Virus record (IMG/VR): IMGVR_UViG_3300025120_000019
DNA length: 64,000 nt
Reading direction: 5' to 3' (one strand)
Origin: a virus
This document shows positions 35,906 through 44,826 of the stretch, in pieces. Within the stretch, counting starts at the first letter, position 1. Every line of letters begins with the position of its first letter. The notes under the pieces were generated by a model. That model saw only the letters and a program-made list of their open reading frames with translations, ran no database searches and was not told the DNA's origin. A program made the position numbers and the translations under genes.

Positions 35906-36978
35906 GCCGCAAAAGGATCAAAATTGGCTCCGCATTTTTGTGAACATACACCTAATTTTCCTCCTTTAACATTATCTTTGTTCCAGCTTTGCTCAATACT
36001 AGAAAGCAATGGTCCTTCCATAACCCTTTTTAAATCATTCATAATAACATTTATACCGCCTTTTCCGCCGGCTCCGTTAATATAGTCCCAAATTTGTTCA
36101 ACTTTAGGATCTATATGCCACCACTTGTACATACGTCCAGCTGTCCAACAACACGGCATTAAAAGTCCTTCTGCTGTGATAAAAATATTGCCAGCATCCT
36201 TAACTTTACATTTAATTTTTGCTTTATCATAATAATCTAGCATACTGCCGAATTGTTTTACAATAGTTTTTTCTTTTTGTAATTCTTTATTTTCAAATTT
36301 AGTTTCTGTAGGTTTAGCAAGATTAGTTGTTTTTTGTCCTTTGCGGTTTATGGCTTGATGTGTATCTTTACCTGTCATTTTTTTAGTGCTAAAAAATCTT
36401 CCTGTTTTTTTTGGAATAAACTTTTCACATCCCCATTCTTCTGCTAATTTTCTTGCTTCTTCAACTTGATGTTGATTATGCTCAAATATTATGTAATCCC
36501 ATCTAGCTCTGCCACCGGCGGCAATGAAGGCCCGCATATTGGTTTCTACCTTTTCCCAAACAACATTTTGTCTATATAGATGATTAGTATCTTCTAAACC
36601 GTCAACACTAAAAATTACAGCGCCTGCTCTTCCAAGTACTTGTGCAAGTTCTGTCCACCAAGGCATATCCCTAGCACCTGCATTGGTATTCATGCTTAGC
36701 CACATACTATCGTTGTGTTCTCTAAAATATTTAAAAATTTCTAAAGTATCTCTTGCAACAATAGGATCACCTAGATTACCACACATATACATTATTTTTA
36801 ATTGTTTTATAAAATCGGGCTTGAAAATTTTTTTAGCTTTTTGTAATGTTATTTCTGCATTAGTCATATGTGGATTGTCTGCTCCGCCATTCATATTCCT
36901 ATCACACATAGGACAGGCCGCTTGACACTTCTGCGTTACTTCTAAATGAACTTCACGTATATCTTCGTATCTATACAT
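35893..36978 (-). CDS. Radical SAM enzyme, sub-family A (close paralog of 16953..18029)
   Basis: CQAACPMC; MCGNLGDP; PCCWTAGRMYKWW; CSQKC. Confidence 0.9.
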   Translation of the reverse strand: MYRYEDIREVHLEVTQKCQAACPMCDRNMNGGADNPHMTNAEITLQKAKKIFKPDFIKQLKIMYMCGNLGDPIVARDTLEIFKYFREHNDSMWLSMNTNAGARDMPWWTELAQVLGRAGAVIFSVDGLEDTNHLYRQNVVWEKVETNMRAFIAAGGRARWDYIIFEHNQHQVEEARKLAEEWGCEKFIPKKTGRFFSTKKMTGKDTHQAINRKGQKTTNLAKPTETKFENKELQKEKTIVKQFGSMLDYYDKAKIKCKVKDAGNIFITAEGLLMPCCWTAGRMYKWWHIDPKVEQIWDYINGAGGKGGINVIMNDLKRVMEGPLLSSIEQSWNKDNVKGGKLGVCSQKCGANFDPFAAQFK

Positions 36979-37192
36979 CGCTAACTAACTTTACATCCTT
37001 ACCAGGTCCAACTTTGCTTGGAAGATCACCATATTGTTCAATGTACCATTCTATTACTGCTTTGTACCACAACTGACTATTATGATGTGCTTTTTTATTA
37101 AACATATGTATGTTATTATTTGTTGCTTGCATAGTGCTTAATGCCCTTGCACTTTCTTTCTGCAAATCTCTAAGATTTAAATCATCAAGCAT
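36971..37192 (-). CDS. Small hypothetical protein
   Basis: 73-aa ORF tightly packed between neighbours. Confidence 0.7.
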   Translation of the reverse strand: MLDDLNLRDLQKESARALSTMQATNNNIHMFNKKAHHNSQLWYKAVIEWYIEQYGDLPSKVGPGKDVKLVSDV

Positions 37193-37193
37193 T

Positions 37194-38252
37194 TTACTTT
37201 ATACCAATTTTCATAAATCTTTTGTACTTTGGTAATTGCAATTCTCCTTCATATAACACAGTTGTCATTGGTGACTTATTGCTAAACTCTTTTAAATCCT
37301 TAGAACAATTTACGTGTTCTTCAATCTCAAAATAATCATTTCCTTGTATTACAACAATTTTACCGTCGGGTATATTGTTATACCATTGTAAAAAATTATT
37401 TATATGTTCACTACTTGTGTTTATTATTGTATCTGGCGAGTCATATAATAATTCGCTGTCACCATTTCCTTTGAATACTTTATAACAATGTTCATCATTG
37501 AAATTTATTTCGTGAATATCTTGGCAACAAGATTTAAATCTCCAATCTTCTGTTACCCATTTTTTGTTAAAAATTTCCGCTATATGACTAGTTGTTGGAT
37601 CGGAATCAAAGTTTCTAATTTTTAATAAATCTATATCAGCATCAAATAGCATAGTAGCAAGTGTAGCATACCAGCCTGCACAAAGAAATATAGTTCCAAG
37701 AGGTCCAGTAGCTATACTACATTTTTCAAGTTCATTTACTAACCAAAGCTTACTTTCAAGCTGGCCTCTACTAAAACAATCTTCGTCAAATGCAATTTCT
37801 TTTTTATGCAAAGTTTTAAAAGCATAAACAAATTGATTAGGTACTTTCCATTGTTCTAACAATCTCCATAAATCAAAATAATTATCATTAAGGACTACAC
37901 CTTTTAGATCCTTATTATCTATTAATCTAAATATACTATGTATATTTTTATCAAGAACAGCTTTTCTCACGTCATCTGTACCAGGTAACAATCTAAATAG
38001 ACTATGTATATTTCCCTCTAAGGCCGCTTTACGTAAATCTTCTAATTCACCAATTATCCGTTTATTATCGATAATTCTAAATATACTATGCCAGTTTTCT
38101 TCCATAATTGCTTTACGAAGATCTTCTGAACAATCTGATAATTTGAATATACTTGCTAAATCTCTATCTATATATGCTCTTCTTAAATCTGCAATACGTT
38201 CATCATGCTTATATAGTAACTCAAACCTATCTAGTAATTTATAAATCTCCAT
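37194..38252 (-). CDS. Class I SAM-dependent methyltransferase-like protein with N-terminal helical repeats
   Basis: 'FSRGQLESKLWL', 'IFLCAGWYA', 'RNFDSD', 'QDI', 'IINTSSEH', 'RFMKIG'; five DLRKA...HSIFRL repeats. Confidence 0.55.
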   Translation of the reverse strand: MEIYKLLDRFELLYKHDERIADLRRAYIDRDLASIFKLSDCSEDLRKAIMEENWHSIFRIIDNKRIIGELEDLRKAALEGNIHSLFRLLPGTDDVRKAVLDKNIHSIFRLIDNKDLKGVVLNDNYFDLWRLLEQWKVPNQFVYAFKTLHKKEIAFDEDCFSRGQLESKLWLVNELEKCSIATGPLGTIFLCAGWYATLATMLFDADIDLLKIRNFDSDPTTSHIAEIFNKKWVTEDWRFKSCCQDIHEINFNDEHCYKVFKGNGDSELLYDSPDTIINTSSEHINNFLQWYNNIPDGKIVVIQGNDYFEIEEHVNCSKDLKEFSNKSPMTTVLYEGELQLPKYKRFMKIGIK

Positions 38253-39882
38253 TAAATTGTTCCCTTAGCCAGTCAAAGTCGTTTATTTTTTTCAACGCAT
38301 CTACATTACCTCTGTTTGCACTACCATACATCATACCTTCTTTTGCACCTTTAATTGCATATTCACCAAAGGGCTTATCCTTTCCAACGGTAGACCAAGT
38401 TGTTAACCTTTCGTCAGTTTCATCTGTCTTTTGTCTATCTATAATTTTACTACTTAATTTTGCACATTCCCTAAATGCACTTTTCCATGTATTAAAAGGA
38501 TCAGTATTAAATCCAGTGATATTAGATACAAGTTGAATAGGTTTAAATTTTGCACTAATACTTGTTGTCATATCTGGCTTGTTAACGTCCATGTTTAATG
38601 TAAGTTCTCTTGGAAATAGTTTTACACCTCCGTATCCATATATTAAATTATTAACTGGATTTTTACTTCTCCAAACATGAACATGATCATACTGCCAAGC
38701 AGGTGCCTGATAATCAAAATCAAAGTCGTCTAGTATTACTGCATCTCCATCTATAATCCAAAGCATTTCTGTTGAACATAGTTTCGCCGCTTCAATATGG
38801 GCTTGATGTATTCCTTTAACTCCGTGTACTCTTTTACACTGTGGAAACCTTTTACATATTTTTTTATAATTTTCCTCAGCGTTTGGTTCTTGGTAACTTA
38901 TAAACACCATATCATAAGGCTTAGGACTACTTGCTAATTCATCATGATCTTTTTTATGTGCAAGAAACTTAAATTCCCATTCACGTGGATGTATTTTTGC
39001 ATACTTACTGCATAGTATTATACCATCGTTGTATTTGCCGTTTAAAAAAGTATGGTTAATTTGTCTATCATACTCGTTGTTGTATTCAAAATAATGATTA
39101 AAAGTAAAACTATCATCTACTTCTACGTTATCAGGTATAACATAAAACATTTCTGTTGGACTTTCAACTACAGCATTTTGATAATCAATGTAATTACTTA
39201 CATTATAAACTTGATATTTTACTGGACCACTACCAACTATATCCCATTCTTTACAATTTACAATGAATCTATAATCAATTTCCTTTTTAGTTATAGGCCT
39301 GTGTTTTGACAATAAAAACAGTCCGTTTCTATATTCTTTGCCATATACATTATGAATGAAATTATGATTTTGATATCTATCTATTTTTTCATGATGATTA
39401 ATATAAAAATTTCTTATAAATTTATTATCAACAAAAATATTTGCACTACTCATCCAAAATAAATCTGTTGTTGAATTTTGCATTGCATATTCATAATCTG
39501 CAAAAGATTCAATTTCAAAAATATCAAATGGCTTTGGGTTACTAGCTAAAATATCAACTTCTTTTTTATTGGTGTAAAATCTGTATTCTATTTCTTTGGT
39601 ACTAATGGGAGCATCTTTTGGCACCAAAGAAATACCATCATAACTGTCGCCATTTTTAAATACATGAATATACTTCTGACTCCATTCGTCTGGTGTATAA
39701 CTAAAATCAAAGTTATTATCTATCTCAATATCAGGATACACTACCCAGAAAAATTTTGTTAAAGACGTCCGTTGTGCCGTAAACAAACTATCTGCAAACT
39801 TGGCAATAGGAATTTTTTTCTTAATTGTATTATATTGTTCTTTATAAATACCTTTGTCAGCAATAAAATATACATCATACAT
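38239..39882 (-). CDS. Glycosyltransferase-like protein (GT-A, DxD) with three degenerate N-terminal repeats
   Basis: C-terminal domain 'FISYQEPNA...GVKGIHQAH..AA...WIIDGD...GYGGVKLFP...WKSAFREC'; start ATG 39882. Confidence 0.65.
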   Translation of the reverse strand: MYDVYFIADKGIYKEQYNTIKKKIPIAKFADSLFTAQRTSLTKFFWVVYPDIEIDNNFDFSYTPDEWSQKYIHVFKNGDSYDGISLVPKDAPISTKEIEYRFYTNKKEVDILASNPKPFDIFEIESFADYEYAMQNSTTDLFWMSSANIFVDNKFIRNFYINHHEKIDRYQNHNFIHNVYGKEYRNGLFLLSKHRPITKKEIDYRFIVNCKEWDIVGSGPVKYQVYNVSNYIDYQNAVVESPTEMFYVIPDNVEVDDSFTFNHYFEYNNEYDRQINHTFLNGKYNDGIILCSKYAKIHPREWEFKFLAHKKDHDELASSPKPYDMVFISYQEPNAEENYKKICKRFPQCKRVHGVKGIHQAHIEAAKLCSTEMLWIIDGDAVILDDFDFDYQAPAWQYDHVHVWRSKNPVNNLIYGYGGVKLFPRELTLNMDVNKPDMTTSISAKFKPIQLVSNITGFNTDPFNTWKSAFRECAKLSSKIIDRQKTDETDERLTTWSTVGKDKPFGEYAIKGAKEGMMYGSANRGNVDALKKINDFDWLREQFNGDL

Positions 39883-39888
39883 ATAGTA

Positions 39889-39917
39889 ATTATACAAAAG
39901 AATTTCGTATTTGTCAA
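39889..39917 (-). promoter_or_regulatory. Consensus sigma70 promoter, probably leaderless
   Basis: Minus strand TTGACA-17-TATAAT, then 6 nt to ATG 39882. Confidence 0.8.
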
Positions 39918-39923
39918 TATTAG

Positions 39924-39931
39924 AATAAATA
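39924..39931 (+). promoter_or_regulatory. Putative late promoter AATAAATA
   Basis: Directly upstream of the AGGAGA RBS of the 39949 gene. Confidence 0.5.
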
Positions 39932-39948
39932 TAATATAGGAGAAAAAA

Positions 39949-41391
39949 ATGACAGATTTTATTCCAGGCGATTCGTACCGCTTAGACATTGTAGGAGCAG
40001 ATAGCTCAATCATAATTGATAGCTGGCTTAGTCAAGTAAAAGCAAGTGTTGTAAACAAAGATGGACAACTACAAGTAGATACCACATTTGGTAAGTTGTA
40101 CGGACCAATGGTAGGAGATGTTGAACACGAAAGTGGAGATATATTACTCAATTCAGATTCAAGAACAGCATATTTTGATGTTGTAGGTAGTATTAAAAAT
40201 CAAAGCGGTGATAAAGTTTTGGATATGAATACTGGGCTACTTACTGGTAATTTAAAAGGTAGTATTGTAGATAGTAATACAAATGAATTAGTTTGGGATT
40301 CATCTACAAGCACATTTAAAGCTGATAGAATTGTTGGTGATTTTTATGGAACCTTACATGGCGAACTTGACCTAATTGGGGAAGTTGCTGGTACATTTAG
40401 AGGTAACCTGAATGGAAATACAACCGGTCATCATTATGGACACGTTACAGGAACTACAGAAGGCACACATATTGGTGAAGTTAAAAATGAAGATGGTGTA
40501 GTCACATTACACGCAAATGGCGATTTAAACGGAAATTTAAAAGGTAAAATTATTACTCCAGATGGTGATGATGTCTTAGCATATCATGATATCCTTAAAC
40601 ATTATAATTTAAAAGCAGGTATAGAACATCATAAAGATAGTAAAACAATTTTAGAATTAAATGATGATCATACTCATGCTACAATTAGGGCACACATTGG
40701 TTGGTATGATGGTACAAATGTTTTAGCATTAAAACGCTGGGATGAATCAGAAAAACCTGCTACGTTAGCTGAATATTATGGAGATGTGGTAGGTGGAGAT
40801 TATTATAGTCCTACAAAAGAACAAATGTTGAGATACAGAGATGCTACACAACTGTTAGGAACAAATAACGGACTTATTGAGATTGGCAATAATGCAACAG
40901 AAACAGTTAAAATATTTGGTGATAGTATAAACTATCATGTACAATCAAACCCAGTAAATACAACCAATCTTGCACATATAAATTATATGGCAGTAAATGG
41001 CGATGTATCTAATAAATTACCAATTAATCCTGGAGATAGTATGATGATATCTGCTGTTCATGCATGGGATGGTACAGGCTATAAAATAGGTGGTGGATTT
41101 GGATTTTTTGCTAACACCGAGGTTGTACCAGATCCAGATTTAGAAATTTATCCTACAGATTTTGGTATTACTTTAAGTGACGGAAGAACTCTACCGAGTG
41201 CTTTTTGGGATAATCCCACAGGATTAAATTTTAACGGTAAAGGTGTTTTGTCTGTTCCGATATTTCAAGCTAAAGGACACACAGAAGCAAGTAAAACAGA
41301 AGTTACTCCAACAGCTGGTATGATAATTTTTAACACAACAACTAAAAAGTTTCAAGGACATGACGGAGATAGATGGGTTAACCTTCACTAA
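39949..41391 (+). CDS. Tail-fibre-like structural protein (partial paralog of 8953..11079)
   Basis: GNLxG / GDVxG repeats; C-terminal 'GMIIFNTTTKKFQGHDGDRWVNLH' matches the 8953 protein's C-terminus. Confidence 0.7.
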   Translation: MTDFIPGDSYRLDIVGADSSIIIDSWLSQVKASVVNKDGQLQVDTTFGKLYGPMVGDVEHESGDILLNSDSRTAYFDVVGSIKNQSGDKVLDMNTGLLTGNLKGSIVDSNTNELVWDSSTSTFKADRIVGDFYGTLHGELDLIGEVAGTFRGNLNGNTTGHHYGHVTGTTEGTHIGEVKNEDGVVTLHANGDLNGNLKGKIITPDGDDVLAYHDILKHYNLKAGIEHHKDSKTILELNDDHTHATIRAHIGWYDGTNVLALKRWDESEKPATLAEYYGDVVGGDYYSPTKEQMLRYRDATQLLGTNNGLIEIGNNATETVKIFGDSINYHVQSNPVNTTNLAHINYMAVNGDVSNKLPINPGDSMMISAVHAWDGTGYKIGGGFGFFANTEVVPDPDLEIYPTDFGITLSDGRTLPSAFWDNPTGLNFNGKGVLSVPIFQAKGHTEASKTEVTPTAGMIIFNTTTKKFQGHDGDRWVNLH

Positions 41392-41977
41392 ACAAAGGTA
41401 AAACTTTTTCAGCTTCAGGCCATCTATTAGGTTTAAGTGTTTCATAAAACTTTTCTACATTAATTTTCCAAAAAGTTTGGAATGTTCCTTTATATTCTAA
41501 CTCTATAGGATCTTCTAGTACTTTTGCTTTATGAAAATATTTTGCCCAAAATAGATGAACTTTATTTTGACTACCTACGTTTCCTGTATGTGTACTAAGA
41601 TACAATGGTTTATCTCTGCCAACACCTTCGATACAAGCCGGTAACAAAAATTGTGAAGCGTGAGAATAATGTATATCAGTTTTTCCTTTAAGACTTTTTA
41701 CACGTTGTTTACCAATTAAGTGTGTAAGGACACAAGTTCTTGCCCCTATTCGATATGCGTCTTTTCCTAAAATACCAAGCTCTTGTAACTTGTGGGCAAC
41801 TACTGTGCCAACAGGATTATTATTATATAACAATATCCACATATTAGCATCTTCATATTTTTTAATATAATCAATTAATATTTCTCTACTACAGTTATTA
41901 TAAAACTTTTTTTTAAAAGCTTCTGCATAAAAATTATTTAGATCTATATCATTATTATATAATTTTATATCAAACAT
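41378..41977 (-). CDS. Putative GNAT-fold acyltransferase-like protein
   Basis: 'WILLYNNNPVGTVVAH...YRIGARTCVL...LLPACIE...LYLST' suggests GNAT topology; start ATG 41977. Confidence 0.45.
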   Translation of the reverse strand: MFDIKLYNNDIDLNNFYAEAFKKKFYNNCSREILIDYIKKYEDANMWILLYNNNPVGTVVAHKLQELGILGKDAYRIGARTCVLTHLIGKQRVKSLKGKTDIHYSHASQFLLPACIEGVGRDKPLYLSTHTGNVGSQNKVHLFWAKYFHKAKVLEDPIELEYKGTFQTFWKINVEKFYETLKPNRWPEAEKVLPLFSEG

Positions 41978-43346
41978 ATTCTTTACATAAATTAAAAAAA
42001 TCTTCCATCTCAGGAAAAACTTGTACGTGATCAACATTTCGTCTACGTCCTTGCTCTTCAAAGAAGTTATGAAAATCTTTTCTACCTTGTATAATACGTT
42101 CTAGTGGATATTCAGTACTTGCCATATAATCAACTACACGTCTAAACTTTTCATATTCAATTGTAGTAAATGCATCTTTACGATTATCATCTACGTTTTC
42201 TTTTATAAATTGTAAATGATCATACATATATGGCATATATTCTTTTGGTAAAATATTAATATCGTATTGTAATGGTTCTTTTAGATACGGAGTATCAAAC
42301 CCTAATCTGTTCCATCTATACGTTTCAACATCATTATATTTGGCACGCCATTCTAATATCTTTTCTAATAATGTCCTAAATGTTGTTACACAAAAAATAT
42401 TAAATGTTATCATTAATGTCATTGGTGCTGTAGTATTCATCATCCAGTAATCTAAATTACGCTCAAATGTTTCTATATCTAAACCATCACGTATATATTC
42501 AGCACGTTTTCCCCAAGTGTCAATGCTTGTAAACAATTTAAATCTTCTTATTTTTTTATTTACAAGTAAATCATTTACACGATTTGTAAATTTTTCTAAC
42601 TGTCTAGGTTTGCCGCCTAAGTTACTATTACAATTTAATTCTAAATCTGGTTTAGGATCAGCATCTAACATATCAAATAGTCTATACGTGCTTTGTTGAA
42701 TAGTAGGCTCACCTCCAGTGATTCTTAAAATATGCAATTCTTTACTTAGCTCTGGCCACCACTTCCAAAAAGCATCAAGATATGGATTATTTTCTTCGTT
42801 ATAAAGTTGAAACCAATCTATATCGCATCTATGGTTAGTAACCATATCATAAGGTCCATGTTGTTTGATTTCATTGTAAAATCTACTACTTGCTTTAGGA
42901 TGACAATAGCCGCAACGGAAATTGCATTCGTTACCAAAACTTACTTCCAAGTATTCCGGATTTACATCAAACGTTGCTCCTCCTTCTTTGACTGCTTTTA
43001 ACCTATGTTTGAAGAATATAGTTTGATTACGTTGTTTTCTATCACTTATATAATCTGCACCCATTGCTTCAATCTTCCAACAATAGTTACAACCACTAGG
43101 TTGTTGCCCTTTCATCATTGCTGACCGTTCGGCTTTTTTTACTTTTGTATTATGTATAGCACTTGGGTTAGTTTTAATTTCTTCAATATCTATTTTGTGA
43201 GGAGCAGGATGATAACAACTGTGTGTTTCGCCTGTTTGAAAATAGATATTAGCATGATACCATTTAGCAAAGCAAAATGTTGGTGAAATTTCTTTTGTAA
43301 TTTCATCAATGCGTTTAATTTCTTCGGATTCGGAGCGTTCTGCCAT
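41970..43346 (-). CDS. Radical SAM enzyme, sub-family B
   Basis: FCFAKW...SCYH...CNYC; SFGNECNFRCGYC; TGGEP; NSN; SID. Confidence 0.9.
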   Translation of the reverse strand: MAERSESEEIKRIDEITKEISPTFCFAKWYHANIYFQTGETHSCYHPAPHKIDIEEIKTNPSAIHNTKVKKAERSAMMKGQQPSGCNYCWKIEAMGADYISDRKQRNQTIFFKHRLKAVKEGGATFDVNPEYLEVSFGNECNFRCGYCHPKASSRFYNEIKQHGPYDMVTNHRCDIDWFQLYNEENNPYLDAFWKWWPELSKELHILRITGGEPTIQQSTYRLFDMLDADPKPDLELNCNSNLGGKPRQLEKFTNRVNDLLVNKKIRRFKLFTSIDTWGKRAEYIRDGLDIETFERNLDYWMMNTTAPMTLMITFNIFCVTTFRTLLEKILEWRAKYNDVETYRWNRLGFDTPYLKEPLQYDINILPKEYMPYMYDHLQFIKENVDDNRKDAFTTIEYEKFRRVVDYMASTEYPLERIIQGRKDFHNFFEEQGRRRNVDHVQVFPEMEDFFNLCKEYV

Positions 43347-43349
43347 CCA

Positions 43350-44273
43350 TTACTCTCTATCTAAAAATTGCTTGCTGTTGTCACGAGCGGGATTTTGATA
43401 GACTGTTTTAAAAAATTTACTTTGGTTAGCATCTAGCGGGTTTACTGCGATAGGTAGTTCTAGTTCTTCTGTTAATAGATCGCCCAAGTCTTGTGAATAA
43501 CATTCCATATCTTCTTCTACTAACTCACCCTTTTCATTCCAATATTGATTTAAGTATTTAAAGTCACGTACATTAACAAAGTCCCAATCGGTACACATTG
43601 TCTTATATAAGCCTTCTCTTGCGCCATAAATTGCCCAACGGCCGTATTCCACATCTGCACCTACCATAAGCCAAATATACAAGCGATGTAGATTTTTCCA
43701 ATGATTTTTATTAAATTCGTCAACTGATACTCGTACACCTCTATCTAATGCCATTTTTACACCTTCGCGAAATCCTGCTCTCCATGCTTGATGCGGAGTG
43801 GCATTATTATATATATCACTATAGACTCCGTTCATTTGTATATACTGTGTATTCCAACAGAAGTCTACTTGTGCATGAGGATTATCTTCAGGTGCATTTT
43901 CGTGTGTACGCATATCTAAAACATACTGTTTAGGCCAACACTTAATTCCTCCGTTACCATAGCACAATCCATTTATATTATTTTTTGCTGTCCAACTTAT
44001 AACTTTATCAGTAAGATCAGTATTCTCACCAAAATCAATAGACTGAGAAAGAAAGTCTTGTCTAATCCTGTTATCACCATCAACTGTTATAAAGCGATCA
44101 GATTCACTTTCGTTAGCCGCGGCTTTGTGTGCGGCGTCAGATCCTTCTATACCATGTACACGTTTTGCCCATGGAACTTTTTTGCATAAGTCTGCATAAT
44201 TTTGTTCTGCATTAGGCTCATCGTAGCTTAGGTATATTATGTCATAATCAATAACACGAAACTGTTTAGGCAT
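43350..44273 (-). CDS. Glycosyltransferase-like protein (GT-A, DxD)
   Basis: 'YLSYDEPNA...RVHGIEGSDAAH.AAA...ITVDGD...YGNGGIKCWP...AWRAGFREG'; homologous to the 38239 C-terminal domain. ATG 44273 follows GAGGA. Confidence 0.65.
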   Translation of the reverse strand: MPKQFRVIDYDIIYLSYDEPNAEQNYADLCKKVPWAKRVHGIEGSDAAHKAAANESESDRFITVDGDNRIRQDFLSQSIDFGENTDLTDKVISWTAKNNINGLCYGNGGIKCWPKQYVLDMRTHENAPEDNPHAQVDFCWNTQYIQMNGVYSDIYNNATPHQAWRAGFREGVKMALDRGVRVSVDEFNKNHWKNLHRLYIWLMVGADVEYGRWAIYGAREGLYKTMCTDWDFVNVRDFKYLNQYWNEKGELVEEDMECYSQDLGDLLTEELELPIAVNPLDANQSKFFKTVYQNPARDNSKQFLDRE

Positions 44274-44826
44274 ATATTTCCTCATGATAATAACTAGAAA
44301 ACTTTCTTACAGTATATAAGCTAACACTTGTTTTGTCAAATTCAAACTTGCTATCAAACGGTATTTTTAAATCTTTTTGAAATGTTAAAGTTTTATGTAA
44401 AACATTTGGATCGTATAACTTCGTTACACTATAAACTTGTCTAGTTGGATCTATTGAAATATTTTGTGATTCGATGTACAATTTAAATTTTGTATCTAGA
44501 ATTAATTCCCAACATTTTTCTACTTGGTTTTGTCTTATTATTATTTCATTATTATCTTGTTTAATTTTAGGAATTTCATATACAAAATTATATGTATCAT
44601 GACTCTCTGCATATTGCTGGATATTTTTTAAAATATATTTTTTTTCTAAAAAATCATATTCAACTTTGTAATCTCGCAAAGATTCTGATCCTTCAGCAAA
44701 TTTTCTGACTTGCTCAAAATCAACTAATAAGTTTTCTAAATTATCATCAGGATTTCTTGCAATTCTATTAATATTGCCATTATCATCAAAACATACATAT
44801 CTATCATTATTGATTGTTACTGCCAT
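44266..44826 (-). CDS. Hypothetical protein
   Basis: 186-aa ORF in the glycosyltransferase operon. Confidence 0.75.
   Translation of the reverse strand: MAVTINNDRYVCFDDNGNINRIARNPDDNLENLLVDFEQVRKFAEGSESLRDYKVEYDFLEKKYILKNIQQYAESHDTYNFVYEIPKIKQDNNEIIIRQNQVEKCWELILDTKFKLYIESQNISIDPTRQVYSVTKLYDPNVLHKTLTFQKDLKIPFDSKFEFDKTSVSLYTVRKFSSYYHEEIYA
44311..44339 (-). promoter_or_regulatory. Sigma70 promoter internal to the 44266..44826 gene
   Basis: Minus strand TTGACA-17-TATACT. Confidence 0.6.
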
